Source: Christensenellales bacterium
GTDB lineage: Bacteria > Bacillota > Clostridia > Christensenellales > CAG-138
NCBI GenBank assembly: GCA_048421225.1
Contig: DBFNRV010000089.1
Coordinates: forward strand, 1 to 46,245
Length of the DNA stretch: 46,245 bases
Direction of reading: 5' to 3'
In this document: one piece after another, positions 28,608-37,985 of the stretch
Numbering within the stretch: position 1 is the first letter of the stretch
How the letters are laid out: each line of letters starts with the position of its first letter
Made by a program: the position numbers and the translations under genes
The notes under the pieces: model-generated
Databases searched by the model: none
Seen by the model: only the letters and a program-made list of their open reading frames with translations
Told to the model about the DNA's origin: nothing

Positions 28608-29882
28608 TCAGCGTACTATTATTTCATCGCGCTCAGGGCCAACGGAAACATAGGAAACCGGCTTTCCTATGCCGCTTTCTACGTAGAGCACATAATCGCG
28701 CGCCGCCTTCGGGAGATCCTCAAAACGGCGGATTCCGCTTATGTCTTCGCCCCAGCCGGGAAGCGTAGTAAATATAGGCTTGCAGTCATTGAGCAGCATG
28801 GGGAACGGAAAATCGGATATTCTGTTTCCGTTAAGCTCATATTCGGTGCAGACCGGTATATCCTTCATATACGAAATGACGTCCAGTTTAGTCAGCGCTA
28901 TTTCCGTGGCTGCCTGCATCTGCGCGCCATACCGTGTCGCCACCATGTCAAGCGGTCCAACCCTGCGCGGCCTGCCCGTTGCCGCCCCGTATTCAAAGCC
29001 GTACCGGCGCAGCTCGTCAGCTTCATCTCCGAGCCATTCCGCAACGAACGGCCCTTCGCCGACGCATGTGGAATACGCCTTAACCACTCCTACAACGCGC
29101 TCAATGTTAACGCCAGGCATCCCTGCGCCGATAGGGGCGTAAGCCGCTATCGGCGATGAGGATGAGGTATACGGGTAAATGCCAAAGTCTATATCACGCA
29201 GCGCGCCAAGCTGGGACTCAAACATTATGTTCCTTCCCTCAGCGTGTTCTCTGCGAAGAAATGCTCCAGTATCGCATATATGGCCGCCTATTTTTTCACA
29301 CATGGTATTCAGCCAATCCATCATTGAAGCGAGTGAGTATGGCTTTTCGCCGTATACCCCTTCTATCATTAGGTTCTTCCAGTCCAATATACCCTTTAAT
29401 CGGGATTGGAGCTTTTCAGGCATGAGAAGTTCGCCCATAAGTATGGCCTTCTTTTGATATTTATCTCCATACGATGGGGCTATCCCACGCTTTGTAGAGC
29501 CAAACTTCGCATCGCCAAGGCGCCCTTCCTCAAGCGAGTCAAGCTCCTTATGAAAGGGGAATACCACCACAGCGCGATCGCTGATCATTAGGTTTTCGGG
29601 GCTTATCTCGATTCCGGCCTTTCGCAGGCCCTCTATTTCGCCTACGAGGTGTTCGGGATCTATTACCATTCCGTTTCCAAGAACATTAACAACGCCACTT
29701 CTGAAAATTCCCGAAGGTATTAGGTTTAGGGCAAACTTCCCATGCTCGTTTACTATTGTGTGTCCCGCGTTGCTTCCTCCCTGATAGCGTACTACTATAT
29801 CATAGCCATCGGCGATCAGGTCCACCATTCTGCCTTTCCCCTCATCGCCCCAATTTACTCCGGTTATTGCACAAGTTGCCAT
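28608..29882 (-). CDS. purA: Adenylosuccinate synthase
   Basis: 424 aa with P-loop GVNWGDEGKGRMVD, YQGGSNAGHT and GATGRPRRVG. Confidence 0.95.
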   Translation of the reverse strand: MATCAITGVNWGDEGKGRMVDLIADGYDIVVRYQGGSNAGHTIVNEHGKFALNLIPSGIFRSGVVNVLGNGMVIDPEHLVGEIEGLRKAGIEISPENLMISDRAVVVFPFHKELDSLEEGRLGDAKFGSTKRGIAPSYGDKYQKKAILMGELLMPEKLQSRLKGILDWKNLMIEGVYGEKPYSLASMMDWLNTMCEKIGGHICDTGAFLRREHAEGRNIMFESQLGALRDIDFGIYPYTSSSSPIAAYAPIGAGMPGVNIERVVGVVKAYSTCVGEGPFVAEWLGDEADELRRYGFEYGAATGRPRRVGPLDMVATRYGAQMQAATEIALTKLDVISYMKDIPVCTEYELNGNRISDFPFPMLLNDCKPIFTTLPGWGEDISGIRRFEDLPKAARDYVLYVESGIGKPVSYVSVGPERDEIIVR

Positions 29883-29923
29883 CTCTAATTTGCTCCTTTA
29901 ATTTATTTAACAAGGTCAATTAA

Positions 29924-29943
29924 CGTATTTACTGCTATTTACT
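29924..29943. repeat. Exact tandem 10-mer (TATTTACTGC x2) in the fumarase-purA spacer
   Basis: 29924-29933 is identical to 29934-29943. On the coding (minus) strand it reads GCAGTAAATA twice, 41 nt upstream of the purA ATG. Confidence 0.6.
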
Positions 29944-29978
29944 GCGCTTAATGGCCCGCTGGCGGTCTGGGCCGTCTG

Positions 29979-30518
29979 CTAACCACGGCTTATATTATAC
30001 AGGTCGCCGCCGTAATAGTCTATTGCCACTATTGCCGGCATATCCTCTATTCTCATCAGCGTTACGGCCTCTGTTCCAAGCTCGGGAAACGCTATAACCT
30101 CAGCGCTTTTTATACAGCTTGCAATCAGAAGCCCGGCTCCTCCGGTAGCTGCGAAATAAACGGCCTTTCCCTTCATAGCCCGCTTGACCTCACTGGAGCG
30201 GGGTCCCTTTCCTATCATAGCCGTAAGCCCATGGTCAATAAGTACCGGCGTATATGGGTCCATCCGTCCTGAGGTAGTAGGGCCGCAGGGACCGATAATT
30301 TCGCCGGGTGCCGCCGGACAGGGGCCGGCATAGTATATGCATACGGGTATTTCTAAGGGAAGCCTATCTCCAGACTTCAATAGCTCCATAAATTTTGCAT
30401 GGGCAGCGTCGCGCGCTGAATATATATAACCAGAGAGATAAACGGATTCTCCACAACGCAGCGACCGCATTTCCACGCTGCCGGTTTTTAAAGGAAGCGT
30501 TACGCTTCTGTTTAGCAT
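29979..30518 (-). CDS. Class I (Fe-S) fumarate hydratase / tartrate dehydratase family, beta subunit
   Basis: 179 aa. GYIYSARDAAHAK, GPCGPTTSGRMD and GKGPRS are typical of the FumA C-terminal/TtdB domain. The ATG abuts the alpha-subunit stop (TAGATG). Confidence 0.85.
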   Translation of the reverse strand: MLNRSVTLPLKTGSVEMRSLRCGESVYLSGYIYSARDAAHAKFMELLKSGDRLPLEIPVCIYYAGPCPAAPGEIIGPCGPTTSGRMDPYTPVLIDHGLTAMIGKGPRSSEVKRAMKGKAVYFAATGGAGLLIASCIKSAEVIAFPELGTEAVTLMRIEDMPAIVAIDYYGGDLYNISRG

Positions 30519-31358
30519 CTATAGCGTCCTTTCCGCATGTCTGCACGCATGGCATTGTAAATTTACGGCTACGGGAAGGCCCGCTATATGCGTATGCACG
30601 GCTTCGGCGTGCACGGCCAGCGCAGTCGTAGCCCCCCCTAAGCCCATGGGGCCAGCGCCTGATTTGTTTATTAACTCTAGGGCCTCCATTTCGATGCCAG
30701 CGAGCGTTTTATCAGGAGACGGCGCGCCAATAGGCCTTAGCAGCTGACGCTTGGCGAGCAGAGCGGCCGCCTCCATTGTTCCGCCTATACCTACTCCCAC
30801 TAATACTGGGGGACACGCGCTGGCCCCGGCATCCAGCACCGTTTTTACTATGGACTGAATAATGCCGCTTATCCCCTGTGACGGCTCTAACATGTAAAGC
30901 CGGCTTTTATTTTCGCTGCCAAACCCCTTGGGGGCCACGGCTATATGCAGCCTGTCCCCATCCACAAACCTGACGTGGATTACAGCCGGCGTATTATCCT
31001 GAGTATTTATGCGGGTTATTGCGTTTAAGACCGATTTTCTCAGATAACCCGATTCATACCCTCTTCTAACCCCTTCGTTAACCGCAGAATATACGTCGCC
31101 TTCAATATGTACGTCAGAACCCACATCCAGAAATACGACGGCCAAGCCCGTATCTTGGCAGCAAGGCCGCATACGCTCAGCGGCAAGTTTGTGATTTTCG
31201 ATAATTTGATTCAAAACAGCATACGCGGCGCTATCTTCCGCTTCAATGTCAAGTGCTTTTTTCAAGGCCGCCATGGCGTCAGCAGGAACGCAACAACAAG
31301 CCGTAATGCAAAGATCTGCAACGGCTTGCTCTATATCGGCGGCATGTATGTATCGCAT
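30519..31358 (-). CDS. Class I (Fe-S) fumarate hydratase / tartrate dehydratase family, alpha subunit
   Basis: 279 aa with the CCQDTGLAVVF motif and cluster Cys residues, matching the N-terminal domain of class I fumarases. Confidence 0.85.
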   Translation of the reverse strand: MRYIHAADIEQAVADLCITACCCVPADAMAALKKALDIEAEDSAAYAVLNQIIENHKLAAERMRPCCQDTGLAVVFLDVGSDVHIEGDVYSAVNEGVRRGYESGYLRKSVLNAITRINTQDNTPAVIHVRFVDGDRLHIAVAPKGFGSENKSRLYMLEPSQGISGIIQSIVKTVLDAGASACPPVLVGVGIGGTMEAAALLAKRQLLRPIGAPSPDKTLAGIEMEALELINKSGAGPMGLGGATTALAVHAEAVHTHIAGLPVAVNLQCHACRHAERTL

Positions 31359-31476
31359 GTCATGCCCTCCTTAAATACAGCAACTATAATATCATGTTAT
31401 GGAGGTTATTTCTATAAATGGCGGAATATATTAGCTTATATTATGGTATTTGTTTATATATTGGCACTGCAGATTA

Positions 31477-31506
31477 TTGCAAAATAATATGGTTTTTTGG
31501 TATTAT
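31477..31506 (+). promoter_or_regulatory. Candidate sigma-A promoter of the pur operon
   Basis: TTGCAA (31477-31482), an 18-nt spacer, then TATTAT (31501-31506), about 50 nt upstream of the purE ATG. Confidence 0.3.
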
Positions 31507-31555
31507 AATTAAGATGCGGGTATATTTCCGCACTATAGAAAGAAGGAGCTATCAA

Positions 31556-32047
31556 ATGAAGAAGGTTGCCATAGTCATGGGCAGCGACAGCGATCTGGCT
31601 GTATTGCAGCCAGCGTTCGACAAACTTAAAGAGCTGTCGATTCCCTTTGAGGCGCGGATTATTTCGGCGCACAGAACGCCTGCCATAGCGGCGGATTTTG
31701 CCAAGAATGCAGAAAACAACGGCTTTGGCGTTATAATAGCGGCGGCTGGCAAGGCGGCGCATCTTGCGGGAGCCATGGCGGCAAACACCGTGCTGCCAAT
31801 AATAGGGGTTCCTATAAAATCCTCGACCCTAGACGGGCTTGATGCGCTGTTATCAACGGTCCAGATGCCGTCTGGAATACCAGTGGCCACGGTGGCCATC
31901 GACGGATCCGCCAATGCGGCTATTTTGGCAGCCCAGATTATAGCCTTAGGAAACGAAGAATTGCTCATGAGAATAAAGGCGCTTCGCGCGAGCATGGAAA
32001 AGGCGGTTATTGAAAAGGATAGGCGGCTTGTAGGGAACTACACCTGA
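31556..32047 (+). CDS. purE: 5-(carboxyamino)imidazole ribonucleotide mutase (class I PurE)
   Basis: I moved the start to ATG 31556 (GAAGGAG upstream; MKKVAIVMGSDSDL). SAHRTP and AGKAAHLAG (with the class I His) are present. Confidence 0.92.
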   Translation: MKKVAIVMGSDSDLAVLQPAFDKLKELSIPFEARIISAHRTPAIAADFAKNAENNGFGVIIAAAGKAAHLAGAMAANTVLPIIGVPIKSSTLDGLDALLSTVQMPSGIPVATVAIDGSANAAILAAQIIALGNEELLMRIKALRASMEKAVIEKDRRLVGNYT

Positions 32048-32179
32048 TATAACAGCGGCCTCCGTGTATCGCGGAGGTCTTTTGAATTACATATTAGGGC
32101 GGTTATCGATAGCTTTTCCGGATTAGCCGGAAGAGACTGTCAGACAAACATGAGATAATAAATAAAAGGAGAAGTACCA

Positions 32180-32890
32180 ATGGAGAAGACTGTTCAGCTT
32201 TACGAAGGAAAAGCAAAAAAGGTATACGCTACAAACGACGACTCATTGTGCATTGTTGAATACAAAGATGACGCAACAGCGTTTAACGGTGAAAAGAAGG
32301 GAACAATCGTAGGCAAAGGCGCGATAAACAACGTTGTTACCAATCATCTGATGCGGATGCTTGAGAAGGAGGGAATTCCTACTCATTATGTTGAAGAGCT
32401 TTCGGATAGGGAAACTGTGGTTAAAAGGGTGAAAATAATTCCTCTTGAAGTGATAGTAAGAAACATAGCTGCAGGTTCATTGTCTAAGCGTCTCGGGCTG
32501 CCTGAGGGGACAAAGTTGAGCAAGACAGTTCTTGAATGCTGCTATAAGGACGATGCGCTTGGAGACCCTATGGTTAATGAATACCATATATTCGCTCTAA
32601 ACCTTGCTACGCGCGAGGAACTGGACGCCATATCGGCTTATGCGCTGAAAATAAATGTAATACTGTCCAATTATCTTAGCGATCTAAACATTGAGCTGGT
32701 CGACTTCAAACTTGAATTTGGTAAGACAACGGACGGAGAACTGGTGCTAGCTGATGAGATCTCGCCCGATACGTGCCGCTTTTGGGACGCGACGACAAAG
32801 GAAAAGCTTGATAAGGACCGCTTCAGGAGGGATCTGGGCGGCGTAGAGGACGCGTACCGTGAAATTTTAAAACGGCTTATGGGAAGGTAA
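32180..32890 (+). CDS. purC: Phosphoribosylaminoimidazole-succinocarboxamide (SAICAR) synthase
   Basis: 236 aa with [19 protein letters not shown] and [14 protein letters not shown]. Confidence 0.95.
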   Translation: MEKTVQLYEGKAKKVYATNDDSLCIVEYKDDATAFNGEKKGTIVGKGAINNVVTNHLMRMLEKEGIPTHYVEELSDRETVVKRVKIIPLEVIVRNIAAGSLSKRLGLPEGTKLSKTVLECCYKDDALGDPMVNEYHIFALNLATREELDAISAYALKINVILSNYLSDLNIELVDFKLEFGKTTDGELVLADEISPDTCRFWDATTKEKLDKDRFRRDLGGVEDAYREILKRLMGR

Positions 32891-32894
32891 AAAG

Positions 32895-34331
32895 ATGAAA
32901 AAGCATGTATCTGACAGTTTGCATGAGGAATGCGGGGTATTTGGCATATATATGGATAAGCCATGCGACGTAGTTTCACCGGTTTACTACGCTTTGTACG
33001 CTTTGCAACACCGAGGGCAGGAAAGCTGCGGTATAGCCGTATGCAAGGACGGGGTAATAAACTGCCATAGGGATGCCGGACTGGTAAACGAGGTGTTTAC
33101 GGGTCCCGTACTCAAAAGGCTTGGAGCCGGGCATATAGCCATTGGTCATGTACGCTATGGAACGACTGGCGACAACCCCAGGCTTAACGCGCAGCCGCTG
33201 GCCGTAGACCATATGAAGGGATGCATGGCGCTTGCACATAATGGAAACCTGATAAACGACGAGGAGCTAAGAAGTGAGCTGGAGGCGGCGGGATCGATAT
33301 TTCATACGTCAAGCGATACGGAGGTCATTTCTTATAATATAATTAAAGAATGCCTGCCAACGGATACGATAGAGGATGCGGTATGCAGGGCGATGTATAA
33401 TCTCAAAGGCGCATATTCCCTTGTTATTATGACAAGGGACAAGTTACTGGCCGTACGCGATCCGTTCGGGTTCCATCCGCTTTGTATAGGCAAACTTGAA
33501 GGCGGATATGTATTCGCTTCGGAAACCTGCGCGCTGGACAGCATAGGCGCGACCTATCTGCGCGACGTAAGACCTGGGGAAATCGTAATAGCCGACAAGC
33601 GAGGGCTAACCAGCGTTGATGAGCACTGCGACAGCTGCGGCACAGCGTTATGCGTATTTGAGCACATATATTTTGCACGGCCCGACAGCATTATCGACGG
33701 AAGCTCCGTTCATATGGCGCGGCGCCGCGCAGGGGCATTTTTGGCGCTTGAACACCCCGTGCAGGCCGATGTCGTAATTGGCGTGCCCGATTCAGGCATA
33801 GACGCGGCGCTTGGATACGCTCAACAGTCGGGGATTCCATACGGCGTTGGATTTATTAAAAATAAATATATAGGGCGTACGTTCATACAGCCTACGCAGG
33901 CCGACCGTGAGCAGAAGGTTCGTATAAAGCTGAATCCGGTTGCGGCGACGGTTAAAGGGAAGAGGGTGGTTCTTATAGACGATTCCATAGTCAGGGGAAC
34001 CACCATTGCGCGTATTGTCCGCCTGCTCAGGGATGCAGGCGCAAAAGAGGTTCATGTGCGCTCATCCGCACCAAAGTTCCTGTATCCCTGTTATTTCGGT
34101 ACTGATATAGATTCACAGGATAAATTGATTGCCTGGAAGCATAATGATGATGAACTCAAGACCATGTTGGATGTTGATTCGCTGGGCTTTTTGAGCACCA
34201 CAAACGTAACAAAGCTTGCAGATAACACAAAGCTTGGCTTTTGTACCGGCTGCTTTACAGGCGAATACCCATGTCCAATCCCTCAGCATGCGGGACGAAG
34301 CAAGTTCTCAGGAAGAATAAGGGAAGAGTAG
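32895..34331 (+). CDS. purF: Amidophosphoribosyltransferase
   Basis: 478 aa with a propeptide then the catalytic CGVFGIY, PRPP motif VVLIDDSIVRGTT, and Fe-S Cys residues near the C-terminus. Confidence 0.95.
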   Translation: MKKHVSDSLHEECGVFGIYMDKPCDVVSPVYYALYALQHRGQESCGIAVCKDGVINCHRDAGLVNEVFTGPVLKRLGAGHIAIGHVRYGTTGDNPRLNAQPLAVDHMKGCMALAHNGNLINDEELRSELEAAGSIFHTSSDTEVISYNIIKECLPTDTIEDAVCRAMYNLKGAYSLVIMTRDKLLAVRDPFGFHPLCIGKLEGGYVFASETCALDSIGATYLRDVRPGEIVIADKRGLTSVDEHCDSCGTALCVFEHIYFARPDSIIDGSSVHMARRRAGAFLALEHPVQADVVIGVPDSGIDAALGYAQQSGIPYGVGFIKNKYIGRTFIQPTQADREQKVRIKLNPVAATVKGKRVVLIDDSIVRGTTIARIVRLLRDAGAKEVHVRSSAPKFLYPCYFGTDIDSQDKLIAWKHNDDELKTMLDVDSLGFLSTTNVTKLADNTKLGFCTGCFTGEYPCPIPQHAGRSKFSGRIREE

Positions 34332-34344
34332 GAGACGTTTAGCA

Positions 34345-35391
34345 ATGAAAAGTCACAGTGAAAGCTATCGAAACGCCGGTGTGGACATAACGGCGGGATA
34401 TAAGGCTGTGGAGCTGATGAAGCCCCATATAGCGAGAACCAAGGTAAAGGGAGCGTTCATGGATATAGGGGGCTTCGGCGGGCTGTTTGAGCCGGATTTG
34501 AACGGAATTTCCAATCCAGTGCTCGTTAGCGGAACCGACGGTGTCGGCTCAAAGCTCAAACTGGCGTTTTATATGGATAAGCACGATACGGTTGGAATAG
34601 ACTGCGTTGCCATGTGCGTTAACGACATAATCTGCTGTGGAGCAAAACCGATGTTTTTTCTTGACTATATAGCGCTTGGAAAAAATGTTCCGGAGCGCGT
34701 GGCTAGCATTGTATCGGGCGTTACCGAAGGCTGCGTTCAGGCGGGCTGCGCCCTTATAGGCGGGGAAACGGCCGAGATGCCTGGCTTTTACGCTGAGGAC
34801 GAGTATGATCTTGCCGGATTTTCGGTTGGCATTGTTGACCGCGGGGAGATCTTTGACAATACCTCGGTTAAGGCGGGAGACGTCTTGATTGCGCTTCCCT
34901 CCTCGGGTGTGCATTCCAACGGGTTTTCGCTTATAAGAAAGATATTTGGCATTTCAGATGACGACGACGGGGCGAATTTAGGCTTGAGGTATGACGGCCT
35001 TGAAAACACCCTGGGGGAGGAGCTGCTTAAGCCTACGCGCATATATGTTAGTTCAGTAATGGCGTTGAAAGAACAGGTTAGGATAAAGGCTGTTACGCAT
35101 ATCACGGGCGGAGGCTTTTATGAAAACATTCCCAGGGGCCTTCCAGAGGGACTCACAGCAAGGATATGCAGGAGCAAATTGCGGACGCCGCCCATATTTG
35201 ATATTATCCGTTCGGAAGGAAACGTGCCGGAGCGCGACATGTTCAACACCTTCAATATGGGCGTAGGAATGACGGCAATAGTGTCTAATGAAGAGGCGGA
35301 TAAGGCCGTTAATCTGCTAAACGCAGCTGGACTGGACGCATATTTGCTTGGAGATGTCATCAGCGGAAGCGAAGGCGTTGTCATACAGTAA
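34345..35391 (+). CDS. purM: Phosphoribosylformylglycinamidine cyclo-ligase (AIR synthase)
   Basis: 348 aa with YRNAGVDI, GTDGVGSKL and DCVAMCVNDI. Confidence 0.95.
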   Translation: MKSHSESYRNAGVDITAGYKAVELMKPHIARTKVKGAFMDIGGFGGLFEPDLNGISNPVLVSGTDGVGSKLKLAFYMDKHDTVGIDCVAMCVNDIICCGAKPMFFLDYIALGKNVPERVASIVSGVTEGCVQAGCALIGGETAEMPGFYAEDEYDLAGFSVGIVDRGEIFDNTSVKAGDVLIALPSSGVHSNGFSLIRKIFGISDDDDGANLGLRYDGLENTLGEELLKPTRIYVSSVMALKEQVRIKAVTHITGGGFYENIPRGLPEGLTARICRSKLRTPPIFDIIRSEGNVPERDMFNTFNMGVGMTAIVSNEEADKAVNLLNAAGLDAYLLGDVISGSEGVVIQ

Positions 35392-35411
35392 ATACGAAGG
35401 ATATACAGGAA

Positions 35412-36059
35412 GTGAATAGGAACAACCATTATAATAAAAAAGCCAAGATAGCCGTGCTGGTATCCGGAGGGGGTACAAATCTACAGGCTCTCATTGACGC
35501 TGGCAATAAAGGCGAGCTTAAAAGTGGCGAGCTCAAACTGGTAATATCCAGCAGGCCGGACGCGTATGCGCTTGTACGCGCTCATAATGCCGGCATTGAT
35601 GCTGCAACGGTATCTAAAAAGCAGTGTGGAAGCCAGGCGGCTTTTGAAAGGCGCATAGAAGAACTCCTCAAAGAGTATTCGATAGACATAATAATCCTTG
35701 CGGGATTTATGTCCATTTTCAGCTCGGACTTCGTGGGGCGCTACCCAAACCGGATAATCAATATACATCCTTCGCTGATACCTTCCTTTTGCGGAAATGG
35801 CTTTTATGGCCTGAAAGTACATGAAGCCGCGCTGGAATATGGGGTTAAGGTAACAGGAGCCACTGTCCATTATGTAAACGAGGTTACGGACGGCGGCGAG
35901 ATATTGCTGCAAAAGGCGGTGGATGTGATGCCGGACGATACGCCGGAAACGCTTCAGCGCCGTGTAATGGAGCAGTGCGAATGGGTATTGCTGCCAATGG
36001 CGGCTGAGATGGTATGCGCAAAGGTGTTGGAGGAGGATGAACATGCACTCATTAAGTGA
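35412..36059 (+). CDS. purN: Phosphoribosylglycinamide formyltransferase
   Basis: KIAVLVSGGGTNLQALID, INIHPSLIPSFCG and GATVHYVNEVTDGG. The start is GTG. Confidence 0.9.
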   Translation: MNRNNHYNKKAKIAVLVSGGGTNLQALIDAGNKGELKSGELKLVISSRPDAYALVRAHNAGIDAATVSKKQCGSQAAFERRIEELLKEYSIDIIILAGFMSIFSSDFVGRYPNRIINIHPSLIPSFCGNGFYGLKVHEAALEYGVKVTGATVHYVNEVTDGGEILLQKAVDVMPDDTPETLQRRVMEQCEWVLLPMAAEMVCAKVLEEDEHALIK

Positions 36060-36759
36060 TAAAGATATTGGAGCAGTGCTGCTTAAAAACAGCTATCCAG
36101 GACGCGGAATTGCGATAGGGCGAAGCGATGACGGCGGAAGCGCGATCATAGCGTATTTCATTATGGGAAGAAGCGAGAATAGCCGCAACCGGATATTCGT
36201 CGAGGATGGGGTGGCCTTGAGGACCCAGGCGTACGACCCCAGCAGGATGACCGACCCATCGCTGATAATATATGACCCTGTGAAAACTCTTGACGGAGCG
36301 GTTGTAGTTACAAACGGGGATCAGACCGATACCATTTGCCGCGCGCTCGATGGAGGAAGTTCCTTTGAAGCGGCGCTGCGCTCCAGGGAATACGAGCCCG
36401 ACGCGCCGAACTACACTCCGCGCATAAGCGGAATGGTTGATTTCCATGGCGGCGGTTTCTCCTATAAACTTAGTATATTAAAGCGTGGAGAAAGCGGAGG
36501 ATGCGAAAGGTTTTTTTATGAATACCAAATGCCGGATCCGGGGAAAGGACACCTGATACATACCTATTCAGAGGATCTTAACCCGCTGCCATCCTTTGAG
36601 GGCGAGCCAAGGAGCGTATTGTTATCAGGGGATGCGGGTGGACTTTTAGATCATATCTGGGAATGCCTTAACGGGGAAAACAGGGTGGCGCTGTACGTTA
36701 GGTTTGTAAATCTAACGAGCGGGCGTGTGGAAACCAGGATAATAAACAAGTTAGGCTAA
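36037..36759 (+). CDS. purO: Archaeal-type IMP cyclohydrolase (PurO family)
   Basis: 240 aa. [35 protein letters not shown] matches the PurO/IMP_cyclohyd N-terminal pattern. It overlaps the purN 3' end by 23 nt. An alternative ATG at 36043 has better spacing from GGAGG. Confidence 0.75.
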   Translation: MNMHSLSDKDIGAVLLKNSYPGRGIAIGRSDDGGSAIIAYFIMGRSENSRNRIFVEDGVALRTQAYDPSRMTDPSLIIYDPVKTLDGAVVVTNGDQTDTICRALDGGSSFEAALRSREYEPDAPNYTPRISGMVDFHGGGFSYKLSILKRGESGGCERFFYEYQMPDPGKGHLIHTYSEDLNPLPSFEGEPRSVLLSGDAGGLLDHIWECLNGENRVALYVRFVNLTSGRVETRIINKLG

Positions 36760-36787
36760 TAGAAAGTGCTACAAGAAGGAGCAAACG

Positions 36788-37963
36788 ATGCAAACTATTG
36801 AACTGAAATACGGCTGCAATCCCAATCAAACGCCTGCGCGCGTCTATATGGAGCATGGCGAACTACCCGTTAAAGTGCTTAACGGGCGTCCGGGTTATAT
36901 AAACCTTCTTGACGCGCTTAACGCTTATCAGCTGGTAAGGGAGCTGAGGCTTGCGCTTAGTCTACCGGCCGCCGCCTCTTTCAAGCATGTGAGTCCGGCA
37001 GGGGCCGCTGTTGGCATGCCATTGGACGATGCGCTGAGAAGGGCGTATTTTGCTGGCGAAGGCGAGCTTTCTCCGCTTGCGTGCGCGTATGTCAGGGCCA
37101 GGGGGGCTGACAGGATGTCATCGTTCGGCGACTTTATAGCGTTAAGCGATATATGCGACGTTTCAACGGCGGTTTGCATAAAAAAGGAGGTATCCGACGG
37201 CGTAATAGCCCCAGGATATGATTGTGAAGCTCTTGAAATTTTAAGAAAAAAGCGCAACGGCGGATACGCCGTGCTACAGATAGACGAAAATTACGTGCCG
37301 GACCTGATAGAGAAAAAACAGGTATATGGCGTTACGTTTGAACAGCGCAGAAACGATCTTGAGATCACGGCGGATTTATTAACGAATATTGTAACGGATA
37401 ACAAGGAATTGCCCAACTCAGCCGTACGCGACCTTATCCTTGCTTTGATCGCGCTAAAATATACGCAGTCTAATTCAGTTTGTTTTGCTTCCTCAGGTCA
37501 GACGATTGGCGTAGGGGCGGGGCAGCAATCAAGAATACACTGTACCCGCCTTGCCGGAAACAAGGCGGATATTTGGCATTTGCGCCAGCATCCGAAGACG
37601 CTTGGCTTGAAATTTAAAAAGGGAATAGGCCGCGCTGACCGCGACAATTCAATCGACCTGTACCTTTCAGATACGGAGTATGGAGACGTATTGGGCGAAG
37701 GTAAATGGCAGAATATCTTTGAGGTGAGGCCAGAGCCCATGACCGGCGATGAAAAACGTGAGTGGCTTTCTGGATTTAACGACGTATCCCTTGGCAGCGA
37801 CGCCTTCTTCCCATTTGGCGACAACATAGAACGCGCCCATAGAAGCGGCGTTAAATACATAGCTCAACCTGGCGGCTCGATCAGGGACGATCAGGTTATA
37901 GCTACATGCGACAAGTATGGGATGGCAATGGCGCTAACAGGCGCAAGGCTGTTTCATCATTGA
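36788..37963 (+). CDS. purH: AICAR formyltransferase (PurH AICARFT domain only, no MGS-like IMP cyclohydrolase domain)
   Basis: 391 aa, starting directly at LKYGCNPNQ (the AICARFT domain entry motif). The C-terminus [14 protein letters not shown]...[14 protein letters not shown] is conserved. Confidence 0.85.
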   Translation: MQTIELKYGCNPNQTPARVYMEHGELPVKVLNGRPGYINLLDALNAYQLVRELRLALSLPAAASFKHVSPAGAAVGMPLDDALRRAYFAGEGELSPLACAYVRARGADRMSSFGDFIALSDICDVSTAVCIKKEVSDGVIAPGYDCEALEILRKKRNGGYAVLQIDENYVPDLIEKKQVYGVTFEQRRNDLEITADLLTNIVTDNKELPNSAVRDLILALIALKYTQSNSVCFASSGQTIGVGAGQQSRIHCTRLAGNKADIWHLRQHPKTLGLKFKKGIGRADRDNSIDLYLSDTEYGDVLGEGKWQNIFEVRPEPMTGDEKREWLSGFNDVSLGSDAFFPFGDNIERAHRSGVKYIAQPGGSIRDDQVIATCDKYGMAMALTGARLFHH

Positions 37964-37985
37964 TTCTGTCAGGAGGTAACACGGT

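Noticed and set aside
28527-29159. 210-aa plus-strand ORF, plus 28741-29142, antisense to purA
   Set aside because: purA on the minus strand is unambiguous (P-loop and full length). The antisense ORFs lack translation signals.
31359-31555. Looked for a purine (guanine/adenine) riboswitch, ZTP riboswitch or PurR PurBox pair in the divergent fumarase/purE control region and upstream of purC (32048-32179)
   Set aside because: There are superficial hits only. UAUAAU...UUAUGG...UUUCUAUAAAUGG lacks the P2/P3 pairings and the CCGUAAA/ACUAUG elements. The GCGGAATATAT (31421) / ATATTTCCGC (31522) inverted pair is about 100 bp apart, unlike PurBox geometry. No ZTP-like CCGCCUGGGC element is present. 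Regulation remains unassigned, and a covariance-model scan would settle it.
35481-36044. 187-aa minus-strand ORF antisense to purN. The same holds for 41353-41913 (antisense to purL) and 43262-43891 (antisense to folD).
   Set aside because: These are antisense frames of well-supported housekeeping genes, with no RBS and no recognisable motifs.
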